The notes under the pieces: model-generated | Told to the model about the DNA's origin: nothing | The model's database searches: none | What the model saw: only the letters and a program-made list of their open reading frames with translations | DNA from: Candidatus Methanomethylophilaceae archaeon | Lineage (GTDB): Archaea > Thermoplasmatota > Thermoplasmata > Methanomassiliicoccales > Methanomethylophilaceae | Assembly (NCBI GenBank): GCA_944320495.1 | Contig: CALUHR010000013.1 | Location: 32,001 to 96,000, forward strand | Direction: 5' to 3' | Length of the DNA: 64,000 nucleotides | Shown here: positions 41,222-50,879 of the stretch, in pieces | How positions within the stretch are numbered: position 1 is the stretch's first letter | Layout: each line of letters begins with the position of its first letter | Translations under genes and position numbers: made by a program

Positions 41222-43633
41222 ATGGAAACCGCGGAGATCAGGATAATCAGCACGTCGTCCGCCACCCTGGATGAGGAGCCCGTAGTAGAGATCTACGGCA
41301 AGGCCAGGGACGGCAGGTCCGTGACCGTCCTGGTCCGCGGGTTCCATCCGTACCTCTACGGGGTGGAGGTCCCGGAGAAGCTGGAGCGCCAGCTCTCCGA
41401 GGACCCCGAGGTCGTCTCGGTCGAGCACCATCCCCTCCTCTTCAGGGGGAGGAACGTCGATGCGCTGAGGATCACGATCAAGAGTCCCTGGAAGGTCTCA
41501 GACATGCGCAGCAGGCTCCGCGCCAACGGCGTCGAGTCCCTCGCATCCGACATCCCGTTCAACCACCGCTACATCTACGACCAGGACATGGGCGCCTGCA
41601 TCCGCGTGACGGGCGAGCCCGTGGACCGCGGGTACTTCACCGACCTGACGATCGAGCTGTCCTCGTTCGAGAACGTGGACCCCTTCGACCCCGGCCTGAA
41701 GACGCTGTCCTTCGACATCGAGAACAGCGTCGAGCACGATTTCCTGTACTGCATCTGCTCCGTGGTCCATGAGAACGGGACCATGCGGGCCTGCGACCCC
41801 ATCTACGGCACCGAGCCGCAGATCATCCAGGCCTTCTCCGACCTCATCAGGAGGGAGGACCCGGACGTCATCACCGGGTACAACATCGAGAACTACGACA
41901 TCCGCAAGATCGAGGAGCGCGCCAAGGCCAATCGCATGAAGGATGCGATGCCCTGGGGCCGCGACGGCAGCCAGCCGAGGCTGCGCAACGACCGCTTCTG
42001 GCGGGTGAGAGGGCGCATCGTGTGCGACGCCTGGTGGGCCGCCCGCAGAGAGCTCCATCCCAAGCAGGAGACCCTCAACGCGGTCTCCAAGGAGCTCCTC
42101 GGAGAGACCAAGCTGGACGTCGACCCCCGCCACATGGACCAGGAGTGGAGGGACAACCGCGCGAAGGTCCTCGAGTACTGCACCAAGGACGCGGAGCTGG
42201 CACTGCGCATCCTGAACGAGGTGGAGACGGTCCGCAAGGGTATGGACCTGGCGGCGGTGTCGAAGCTGTCGGTGGAAGACGTCCTCTCGTCCGGATCCTC
42301 GCAGCTCGCCGACTCGCTGCTCATCCGCGCGGCGGACCGCGCGAACGTCGCCGTCCCCCAGATGGGCAAGCGCACCAGGGACGACGAGCAGATCGAGGGG
42401 GGATACGTGCACGACATCAAACCGGGACTGTACCACTGGGTCTGCGTCCTGGACTTCAAGTCCATGTACCCGTCCACCATCATCGCCAAGAACATCTGCT
42501 TCACCACGCTCTCCCCCGACGGGGAGATCGTCGCCCCGTCAGGCACAAGGTTCCTCTCCAAGGAGAAGCGCCTCGGGCTCCTGCCGATGATCCTCCAGGG
42601 CCTCATGGACCAAAGGGATTCTATCAAGAGGCAGATGAAGCAGACGACGGACGAGCACGAGCGCAGATACCTGGACGGACTGCAGGCGGCCGTCAAGGTG
42701 CTGATGAACACATTCTACGGGGTGTTCGCCTCATCCTTCTACAGGTTCACGGACAAGAGCATCGGTGCCGCGATAACATCGTTCGCGCGTGCCAACGTCA
42801 AGGGCATCATCGGCGAGCTGCAGTCGGAGGGTCACCATGTGGTGTACTCGGACACCGACTCCGTCTTCGTCCAGTCGCCGAAGGACGACATGGACGGCGC
42901 CATAGGGTTCGGGACGGCGATGGCCGATCGCTACTCCCGGGACGGCGGCACGCTGGAGTTCGAGAAGATCCTCGAGCCCCTGTTCACCCACGGCAAGAAG
43001 AAGAGGTACGTCGGCCGCGTGGTATGGCCCGTGAGGCAGGAGGACCTGCTGGTGCGCGGATACGAGAGCAGGAGGACCGACTCCTTCGACCTCCAGGACC
43101 GCCTCCAGACAGAGATGTTCGCATGCATACTGGACGAGCGCAACGAAGACGCCCTGGCGCTTGCCAGGAAGGCGATCCAGGACACACTGGCCGGACGGGT
43201 GGACCCTTCGGACCTGGTGATATCCAAGACATGCAAGGGGCTAGATGCCTACGAGAACCCCGACCGCATGGCGAACGTCCAGGCGGCCAAGAAGATGATC
43301 GAGCTAGGGTACGACTTCATCCCGGGCATGAAGGTCTCGTGGATCGTCACCGACGCCAAGTCCGCCCCCATGAGGGTGGAGCCATACATCAGCGGTCCCC
43401 AGTTCACGGCGAAGCCCGACTACCGCTACTACGCGGAGCGTCTGGCGAAGATGGCCGGCATGGTCACAGATGTGCTTGGATGGGGCGAGAAGGACCTCAT
43501 GATGGGCAGCCAGCAGGCCACCCTCCTGGACGGCGGGATGTTCTCGTCCAAGGAGTCCGACGCCCCGCAGAGGGAGCCTCCGAAGGCCCCCAAGCCCAAG
43601 TCCAAGGTCCGGAGCCTTGACGAGTTCTTCCGA
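41222..43633 (+). CDS. polB: Family B DNA polymerase (ends at CGA)
   Basis: Exo motifs FDIE, YNIENYD, YCTKD; pol motifs DFKSMYPS, K.LMNTFYG, YSDTDS, KKRY; terminal SLDEFF then CGA 43631-43633 (803 aa). Confidence 0.97.
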
Positions 43634-44167
43634 TCGCGACGCGAGCCTCGGACGGAGCGTCTCCCCCATCATCCTCAGCGTGATATCCGCCATCTCCTCC
43701 GGAGGGTCGGACATGCCCCTGTCGAACCACAGAACGAACCATGCCATCATCCCGCCGAGATGGTACTCCATCCGGTACATGGACGGGACGTCGCCTCCGT
43801 CTGTCGGGAAGTGCTCCCTCAGAACGGGGAGGAGCATGGGCGTGAGACCGCGGGAATGCAGGACGATCATCTCGTCGCGCTTCGCGTAGAACGAGGAGAA
43901 TATCGTCCCGACGTACGCCTTGACGGTCTCCCATCCGTCCATTTCGCTCGCCGCCCTGCTGATAGGCCGCATCGCACCTTCGTAGATGTACGACACGACC
44001 TCGTCAACCGACCCGAACCTGCGGTAGAACGACGTGCGGTTCATGCCCGCCTCCCGGGTCAGCATGCTCACGGTGACCTCGTCGTAAGTATGGTCCCTCA
44101 GCAGCCTTACCAGGGACGAGGCGAGAGCATCCGAGGTCCCATCACGAATATGAGACATATTAGGCAT
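43634..44167 (-). CDS. TetR/AcrR-family regulator (ends at CGA)
   Basis: TVSMLTREAGMNRTSFYRRF HTH; CGA at 43636-43634 back-to-back with the polB CGA; start uncertain. Confidence 0.83.
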
Positions 44168-44232
44168 ATGTGTCTCATCACGGAATTCGTTATCGGAAAC
44201 CGTATAAATCATTATGATGGGGTCGAAGGATC

Positions 44233-44700
44233 ATGCGGTTCAGGACGATGAGACGCGTGGACAGGGACCTGGGCGCGGATGCTGCCCTCGGAATCATCAG
44301 GGACGGACATAGCGGCGTTCTCTGCGTGGATGGGGCGGAGGGCTACCCTTACGGCGTGCCCATGAACTACTGCTTCGATGGCGAACGCCTACTGTTCCAC
44401 TGTTCCAAACATCCGGGACTGCTCCTGGAGTCGATCGGGGACGGGTGCCGGGCTTTCTTCACCGTCGTCGATCACCTGGAGGGGACCAGGTCAAGGAGCG
44501 CCATAGCCTTCGGCACTGTCAGGGAGGACCCCAGCTCGATGCGGAGATGTCTGGAGGGAGTGATAGACAAGTACGTCCCGGAACCCGGTCGTGCGGGCGC
44601 GAAGGACGGAATCCCCAGTGCCGTGAATAGAGCCACAGCACTGGTGTTCACCATCGAACACGTCTCTGCGAAGGTCATCGACCGGCCCGAGGGGCGCTGA
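44233..44700 (+). CDS. Pyridoxamine 5'-phosphate oxidase-like FMN-binding protein (NimA-like)
   Basis: MRR.DR, GYPYGVPMNY, LFHC, RS.IAFG. Confidence 0.8.
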   Translation: MRFRTMRRVDRDLGADAALGIIRDGHSGVLCVDGAEGYPYGVPMNYCFDGERLLFHCSKHPGLLLESIGDGCRAFFTVVDHLEGTRSRSAIAFGTVREDPSSMRRCLEGVIDKYVPEPGRAGAKDGIPSAVNRATALVFTIEHVSAKVIDRPEGR

Positions 44701-44702
44701 CC

Positions 44703-45005
44703 TCGGGCCTCTCCCAGACGTTCCATCATCTCGTTCACCCTATGACGCATGCGTGTGGCTGTGTTTATGGAGACCTCGCACTCCTCAGCGGTCTCCCTCA
44801 GAGTCGCACCCCGTGCGTGACACTCGACGAATATCGCCCACTTGTGCGCAGGAAGCTTGGTGCCTGCCATGACACCATTCCCGACGAACGTGCGTCCGCA
44901 CCCAGAGCATCTGAACCTCTGCGTTCCGCGAGACGTCCTGCCGAAGCGTACGTATTCTGTGCTCCCGCAGACCGGACATGATCCGTCAACCAGTGAAATC
45001 ATCAT
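44703..45005 (-). mobile_element. IS1/IS1595-type zinc-ribbon plus HTH protein (transposase N-terminal part, no DDE domain; ends at CGA)
   Basis: CPVCGS...RFG.T..G.QRF.C..CGRTF then ATLRETAEECEVSINTA.RMRHR; no catalytic domain or terminal inverted repeats seen. Confidence 0.6.
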
Positions 45006-45250
45006 CTTCAGTCTGTCTCCACCGACGCTCCTCCTGGTGATTGCAGGCTCTTTACTGCCGCCCATGGATGGGAGATGTACTCGTATTATATCAACTGCTG
45101 TCTGTTATCTTTGTAATGTTTGTCATTGATTCGATCCAGGCTCGCCAACCACTTTCGGATGTTTCTGAGCGAGCGACAAGGCGGTGCGGGGACGCCGAGG
45201 CCGTCTGCAGGCGAACGGTTATCCAGAGGGCCTCAGATACGGATGACGAC

Positions 45251-45709
45251 ATGCTCGTACTGGACAGCTCCTACTTCTTCTCCTCCGACTCGCTCCCTGA
45301 CGAGGAGCACGTGTGCCCACCCGGCGTCATCCGCGAACTGGAGAACCACGGGGACCCCCGTCTGTCACTCTGGGGCGACATGGTCCGCGTGTCCGACTGC
45401 TCGAAGGGGTCCCTCAAGCGCGTCACAGAGGCCGCCCGCGGCAGCGGGGACCTGGGAAGGCTCTCCCCCGTCGACATGACCGTGCTGGCTCTCGCCCTGG
45501 ATGTGAACGGCACCATCCTCTCCGACGACTACTCCATCCAGAACGTGGCCAGGATACTCGGCATCCCGTTCAGGGCTGTCGGCACCGCCGGCATCAGGAA
45601 GGTCGCCAAGTGGAACTACCAGTGCATCGGCTGCCACAGGTGGTACAAGGAGAAGCTGCCGGAGTGCCCGGTGTGCGGATCGCCGATGCGGGCATGCAGG
45701 AAGAGGCGA
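45251..45709 (+). CDS. nob1: Nob1-like PIN endonuclease with C-terminal zinc ribbon (ends at CGA)
   Basis: VLDSS, LS..D..VLALA, SDDYSIQNVA..LGI, C.GC...CPVCGS; CGA 45707-45709 abuts the convergent TGA. Confidence 0.9.
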
Positions 45710-46798
45710 TCACGGGAAGAGGCGCCTGCACCTGATCAGGTTGCCCATGCGCCTCTGCCCCAGGATCCTCATGCAGAGCTCGGTGCTCCTCTCGGACCTG
45801 AACGCGAAGGTGTCGGCGAGCCTCTTGTTGAACGCCGCCGTCCTCAGGGGCTTGTCCATGACCCTGCGCCACTGCGTCTCGTAATCGGAGAGCGGCGAGC
45901 CCGATTTTATGTTGGATGCGGCCACGGTCCCGCAGATCCTTCCGGCGATCATCGCCAGCGGGATGCCTCCTCCGTTGACGGATATGACCTGTCCGGCTGC
46001 GTCTCCGACGACCATGCCGTTGCCCTCCACAGTCTTGGGGATGGGGCCCTCGCTGGGGACGTACTTGCCCTGGAGCCTGGAGTGCTCGGCGAACCCGCGC
46101 TTCTCGGCGAAACGGTCGAAGTACTCGGACAGGGAGGTCCCGTCGGAGAACTTGGGCGAGAATCCCACGCCGACGTTGGCGCGGCCGTCCTTCGGTATGA
46201 TCCAGCTGTAGGCGCCGGGCGCGATGTCGCCGAAGTACATGTAGGTGTAGGGCTCGAAGTCGCCCTTGACCTGGGCGGTCACCGCGGGATAGAGGTTCTG
46301 GTTCCTCTGCAGGCCGAGGCTCTGGGCCACGCGGGACCCGGGGCCGTCGGCGCCGACCAGAACCTTGTAGCGTATGTCGCCCTGGGACGTCTTCGCGACC
46401 CCGCCCTCGATCCTGTCGAAGGCGCAGTTCATCTGCAGCTCGGCGCCGGCCTCGACGGCCTCGTGCGCCAGATACTGGTCGAAGCGGTCCCTGTCGGTGG
46501 TGTACCCGTCGAAGTCCAGGAGCGTGACCTTGTCCTTGGGGTCGACCAGCTTTATTCCCTTGATGTCCAGGCAGCGGAGGCCGTCCGGGACCGCGAAGAG
46601 CGACTCGTAGTCCTCCAGCTCCGGGAACATGAACTTGATCTCGGATGCGCCGGGCATGAACTCCCCGCATCTGACCGGCACGCCGACCTGGGAGCGCCTC
46701 TCGATCATGAGGACGGATGCGCCGGCCTCTGCGGCGAATCTCGCTGCGGTGCTTCCGGCGGGGCCGGAACCCACGACAAGGACGTCGACTGAATCCAT
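45710..46798 (-). CDS. Geranylgeranyl reductase family flavoprotein
   Basis: VVGSGPAGS, PVRCGE, GADG, YSWIIPK, VGDAAGQV....GGGI. Confidence 0.92.
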   Translation of the reverse strand: MDSVDVLVVGSGPAGSTAARFAAEAGASVLMIERRSQVGVPVRCGEFMPGASEIKFMFPELEDYESLFAVPDGLRCLDIKGIKLVDPKDKVTLLDFDGYTTDRDRFDQYLAHEAVEAGAELQMNCAFDRIEGGVAKTSQGDIRYKVLVGADGPGSRVAQSLGLQRNQNLYPAVTAQVKGDFEPYTYMYFGDIAPGAYSWIIPKDGRANVGVGFSPKFSDGTSLSEYFDRFAEKRGFAEHSRLQGKYVPSEGPIPKTVEGNGMVVGDAAGQVISVNGGGIPLAMIAGRICGTVAASNIKSGSPLSDYETQWRRVMDKPLRTAAFNKRLADTFAFRSERSTELCMRILGQRRMGNLIRCRRLFP

Positions 46799-46803
46799 TG
46801 GAA

Positions 46804-47769
46804 TCACCTGGTGCGCCTTATGACGTAGTCGGCGACATCGACGAAGGCGCTCTTGTAGACCGAGTCCGGGAGGATGTCGAGACATGCGACGGCGTCATGT
46901 GCCATGCCGTCGGCGAGGGACAGGCACCTCTGAATCGCATCGGTCCTCTGGATGAGTCCCAGGGCCTTCACGACATCGTCCTCCGTCGGTTGCTCCGTCT
47001 CGAATATGGCGCGGATCTCGTCCCCCAGCTTGGGGTCCTGCATCGCGTAGATGACCGGCAAGGTGGGCTTCCCCTCGATGAGGTCCGTCCCTATGGCCTT
47101 CCCGGTCTGATGCGGATCGCCGGTCACGTCGAGGGCGTCGTCCACGATCTGGAACGCGGAACCTATGGCCTGACCGAACTGACCGAGGCTCTCCAGGACC
47201 TCCACATCGGCACCCGCCACAGCGGCGCCCGATTTGATGGACGCCTCGAACAGCTTGGCCGTCTTGTGGTCGATGATGCGCAGGTAGTCCCCCTCGGTGA
47301 CGGAGGACCTGTGCTCGAAGTCCTTCTGGACGAACTCCCCGGCACCCATGGCGGCGGACGCGTCCACGATGTAGTTGACGATGTGGGGGGCGGCGTCGGC
47401 GAGGAGCTTGAAGCCCATGGCGAACATGAAGTCGCCGGCGATGATCGCCTTGCTGGTGGCGTACTGCCTGTGGAGGGCCTTCCTGCCGCGCCTGACCTCG
47501 CCCTGGTCGTTGATGTCGTCGTGGACGAGGGTGGCGCTGTGGATGATCTCGAATCCCGCGCCGATGCTTATCGGGATGCTGGCGTCCTTACCCCCGCACG
47601 CAAAGTAGGCGAGGAGGCACATAGACGGTCTGAGGCGCTTGCCTCCGGCACCGATCACATAGCGGCACATCTCGGAGAGCTCGGGATTCTCCGAATCCAA
47701 CGAGCGGTCCATCAGTGCCTCGAGCTGTTCCAGCTCCTGTGTGATGCATGAATGCCAGGGCTCTGCCAT
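46804..47769 (-). CDS. Polyprenyl/geranylgeranyl diphosphate synthase
   Basis: GGKRLRP, LVHDDIND..RRG, KTA, FQIVDD, GKPTLP. Confidence 0.94.
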   Translation of the reverse strand: MAEPWHSCITQELEQLEALMDRSLDSENPELSEMCRYVIGAGGKRLRPSMCLLAYFACGGKDASIPISIGAGFEIIHSATLVHDDINDQGEVRRGRKALHRQYATSKAIIAGDFMFAMGFKLLADAAPHIVNYIVDASAAMGAGEFVQKDFEHRSSVTEGDYLRIIDHKTAKLFEASIKSGAAVAGADVEVLESLGQFGQAIGSAFQIVDDALDVTGDPHQTGKAIGTDLIEGKPTLPVIYAMQDPKLGDEIRAIFETEQPTEDDVVKALGLIQRTDAIQRCLSLADGMAHDAVACLDILPDSVYKSAFVDVADYVIRRTR

Positions 47770-47860
47770 CGCGCGTACATGCGCGTTCCCTATTTATGGT
47801 TGTACCTCGGAAGCACCAAGTGCCAGCAGCACAGGAACCGAAGGTCAAGCGTTGTCAGAA

Positions 47861-47884
47861 GGTAAGGGGTTTGGTAAGGGGTTT
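47861..47884. repeat. Perfect 12-bp tandem repeat (GGTAAGGGGTTT x2) just downstream of fpoN
   Basis: 47861-47872 is identical to 47873-47884. Confidence 0.8.
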
Positions 47885-47895
47885 TGAGACTGCGT

Positions 47896-49377
47896 TCAGA
47901 GCAGCAGGGCTGCGGCGGCGGTCTCGCAGTAGTCGAAGATGAGCTGGGGGTAGACTCCCAGCACGATCACGAAGACCACGCAGATCACGATCGCGACGGT
48001 GAAGACCGCAGGGATCTTGATCTTCTCGGTGGACTCGCCCTTCTCGATGTACATCGCCTTGACGACCCTCGCGTAGTAGTACAGCGAGATCGCGGAGTTC
48101 AGGATGGCGATGAACGCCAGCCAGACCCACTGGGATGTCAGTCCGTCCACACCGCCCAGCGCGGAGCTGAACAGGAAGAACTTGGACGTGAATCCCGCGA
48201 GAGGCGGTATACCGGCCAGGGAGAACAGGAACAGCAGCATGGCGGCCGCCAGGAACGGAGACCTCTTTGCCAGTCCCTTGTAGTCCGAGATCTTCTCGCC
48301 GAGTCCGGCGCAGATCAGGGCTCCGACGATCAGGAACGCTCCGCCCTTCATGAACACGTGGGTGAACATGTGGAACATACCGGAGGCCAGGGCGTAGTCG
48401 GTCATGACCGCCATGACGATCAGGATGTAACCGGCCTGGGCGATAGAGGAGTACGCGAGCATCCTCTTGATGTTGTTCTGGGCGATCGCGACCACGTTTC
48501 CGACGGTCATGGTGAACGCCGCGATGATGGCGAAGAGGTACTGGACCTCCTCTCCGCAGATGGCGCTCAGGCTGGAGCCGGCGACGAACAGGACCAGGAA
48601 GATCTGGAAGAACACGCTCAGACCCATCTTCTTGGATCCCGTTGCCAGGAACAGGGAGACGGGCGAGGATGCTCCCTCGTACACGTCGGGCGCCCACATG
48701 TGGAAGGGCACGGCGGCGATCTTGAATCCATATCCGGCGACCATGCATACCAGGCCGATGGCCAGGATCCAGTTCATGCCGTCGATTGCCGTGGATGCGG
48801 CGATGGCGGCGATGTCCGTGGTCCCGGTGAGACCGTAGATCATGGAGATACCGTAGATGGTCAGGGCGGTGGACAGTCCTCCGACGATGACGTACTTGAC
48901 TCCGGCCTCGGCGGCCCTAGAGTCGTTCCTCTTCATCGTGACGAGGGCGTAGGACGAGATGCTGGTCAGCTCGACGCCGACGAAGATGGTCAGCAGGTCC
49001 GAGGACCCGGCGACGAACATCATACCGGTGGTGGCACCGGTCAGCAGGGCGTAGTACGCTCCGACGTGGAGCCTGGTGGTCTCGGTGCTCGCGTTGGAGA
49101 CCAGGATCGCCAGGAACAGCACGATCTGGAAGAGCAGCAGCATCACTCCGGTGTACGCGTCGTACTCGTACACGCCGAGGGTGGTTCCGGTGAACCCGTC
49201 CACGAGCATGTACGCGTTGACCGCCATCGAGACGACGGCGAAGACGAGCGCGACGGCCCAGGTGACGGTGTGCCTCTTTCCAGCGAAGTGCACTGCGGGC
49301 AGGATCAGCGCGGAGATCAGCATGATGATGATCGGCGCGAATGCGGCGTAATCGCCGAAGATTTCCTCAACGAACAT
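47896..49377 (-). CDS. fpoN: Fpo-like complex subunit N
   Basis: EAGVKY, FKIAAVPFHMWAPDVYEG, KRMLAYSSIAQAGY, GIPPLAGF. Confidence 0.95.
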   Translation of the reverse strand: MFVEEIFGDYAAFAPIIIMLISALILPAVHFAGKRHTVTWAVALVFAVVSMAVNAYMLVDGFTGTTLGVYEYDAYTGVMLLLFQIVLFLAILVSNASTETTRLHVGAYYALLTGATTGMMFVAGSSDLLTIFVGVELTSISSYALVTMKRNDSRAAEAGVKYVIVGGLSTALTIYGISMIYGLTGTTDIAAIAASTAIDGMNWILAIGLVCMVAGYGFKIAAVPFHMWAPDVYEGASSPVSLFLATGSKKMGLSVFFQIFLVLFVAGSSLSAICGEEVQYLFAIIAAFTMTVGNVVAIAQNNIKRMLAYSSIAQAGYILIVMAVMTDYALASGMFHMFTHVFMKGGAFLIVGALICAGLGEKISDYKGLAKRSPFLAAAMLLFLFSLAGIPPLAGFTSKFFLFSSALGGVDGLTSQWVWLAFIAILNSAISLYYYARVVKAMYIEKGESTEKIKIPAVFTVAIVICVVFVIVLGVYPQLIFDYCETAAAALLL

Positions 49378-50879
49378 CACAGCACCCCCACAAGGAAGTC
49401 GACGTAGGGATCGATGAAGCTCAGGGCTGCATCGGGCCATACTCCGAACAGGGCGACGAGGACGGCCAGGACGGCGAGCGCGACGAACTCGGGCTTGCTG
49501 ATGTCGTGGACGTGCTCCAGGTCGATCTTCTTGGTCTCGGGGCCGAACAGGGTCTTCTGCATGGCCCAGATGTAGTAGCCGGCGGTGAGCATGAGCGTCA
49601 GCAGGCAGAACACCAGCAGCCACATCACGCCCTCGGCCTTGATGAACTCGTAGAACCCGTAGACGAGCGGGAACTCTCCCCAGAACCCGACCAGACCGGG
49701 CAGTCCGAGGGAGGCCATGAAGGCGATCATCATGAAGGTCGCGTAGATGGGCATCCTGCCGGCGAGTCCGCCGAGCAGGGGCATCTCTCTGGTTCCGACG
49801 GCGTGTCCGGTGAATCCGCACACCATGAACAGCATGGCGCTGATCAGTCCGTGGGCGAACATCTGGAAGATCGCGAAGGTTATTCCGATGTCGGACAGGC
49901 ATCCGATTCCGACCATGACCATTCCCATGTGGCTGATGGACGAGAACGCCACCATCTTCTTGAGATCGGTCTGGGCGATGCAGGCGTAGGCTCCGTAGAC
50001 CATCGAGATGAGACCGATGGCGATGATCACCCACTGCCAGTACGCCGCCCCCTCGGGGAAGCACTCGAGGCAGATCCTGATGATACCGTAGGATCCCATC
50101 TTCAGCATGACACCGGCCAGGATGACGGATCCGGCGGTGGGCGCCTCGACGTGCGCGTCGGGCAGCCAGGTATGGAAGGGCACGGACGGCATCTTCACCA
50201 TGAATCCGAAGAAGAGCAGGGCGAAGACGGCGACCTGGAACGCCTGAGAGGTGGCGGGCATGATCTCGGCCATCGTGTCGAAGCCGAAGTCCATGGTTCC
50301 GGTGACGGCCATGCACTCCCAGCCCATCGCGAAGATTCCGATGAGCATGACCAGCGAGGCCACGTGGGTGTAGATGAAGAACTTGATGGCGGCGTAGTGC
50401 CTCCTCGGTCCTCCGTACCAGCTGATCAGGAAGTACATCGGGATGAGGGTGACCTCCCACATGACGTAGAACAGGAAGTAGTCCGCCGCCATGAAGACGC
50501 CCATCAGGCCGACCTCCATCGCCATCAGCAGGGTGTGGAAGTAGTTCGCCCTGTCGCTCTCCGCGGAGGAGAAGACGACGACGAGCAGGGTCAGCAGGGC
50601 CGTCAGGAAGATCATCAGGACGCTGAGTCCGTCGACCATGAGGTCGAATCCGATGTGGACGGAGCTGGTGTCGATCCAGTCGTACCCGACGGTGAAGACC
50701 GTCCAGTCCTCGAAGCCCGCGTACATCATGTACAGGGTGACGATCAGAGTGATCCCGGAGAAGACTCCGGCGACCCACTTGGCGTATTTCTGCTTCTCGC
50801 CGCCCATGAACAGGGTTGCGACCGCTCCGATGAGCGGGATGACGATCAGCAGAGGCAGTATGAGAGACTCGATGCTCAC
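49377..50879 (-). CDS. fpoM: Fpo-like complex subunit M
   Basis: PFHTWLPDAHVEAP, LKMGSYG, AFSSISHMG. Confidence 0.95.
   Translation of the reverse strand: MSIESLILPLLIVIPLIGAVATLFMGGEKQKYAKWVAGVFSGITLIVTLYMMYAGFEDWTVFTVGYDWIDTSSVHIGFDLMVDGLSVLMIFLTALLTLLVVVFSSAESDRANYFHTLLMAMEVGLMGVFMAADYFLFYVMWEVTLIPMYFLISWYGGPRRHYAAIKFFIYTHVASLVMLIGIFAMGWECMAVTGTMDFGFDTMAEIMPATSQAFQVAVFALLFFGFMVKMPSVPFHTWLPDAHVEAPTAGSVILAGVMLKMGSYGIIRICLECFPEGAAYWQWVIIAIGLISMVYGAYACIAQTDLKKMVAFSSISHMGMVMVGIGCLSDIGITFAIFQMFAHGLISAMLFMVCGFTGHAVGTREMPLLGGLAGRMPIYATFMMIAFMASLGLPGLVGFWGEFPLVYGFYEFIKAEGVMWLLVFCLLTLMLTAGYYIWAMQKTLFGPETKKIDLEHVHDISKPEFVALAVLAVLVALFGVWPDAALSFIDPYVDFLVGVL

Noticed and set aside
39369-41246. Apparent acetyltransferase fusion ORF of 625 aa, and similar fusions such as pus10 to 36794 and proC to 59838
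   Set aside because: The extensions are out-of-frame or antisense readthrough past a CGA, not real domains.
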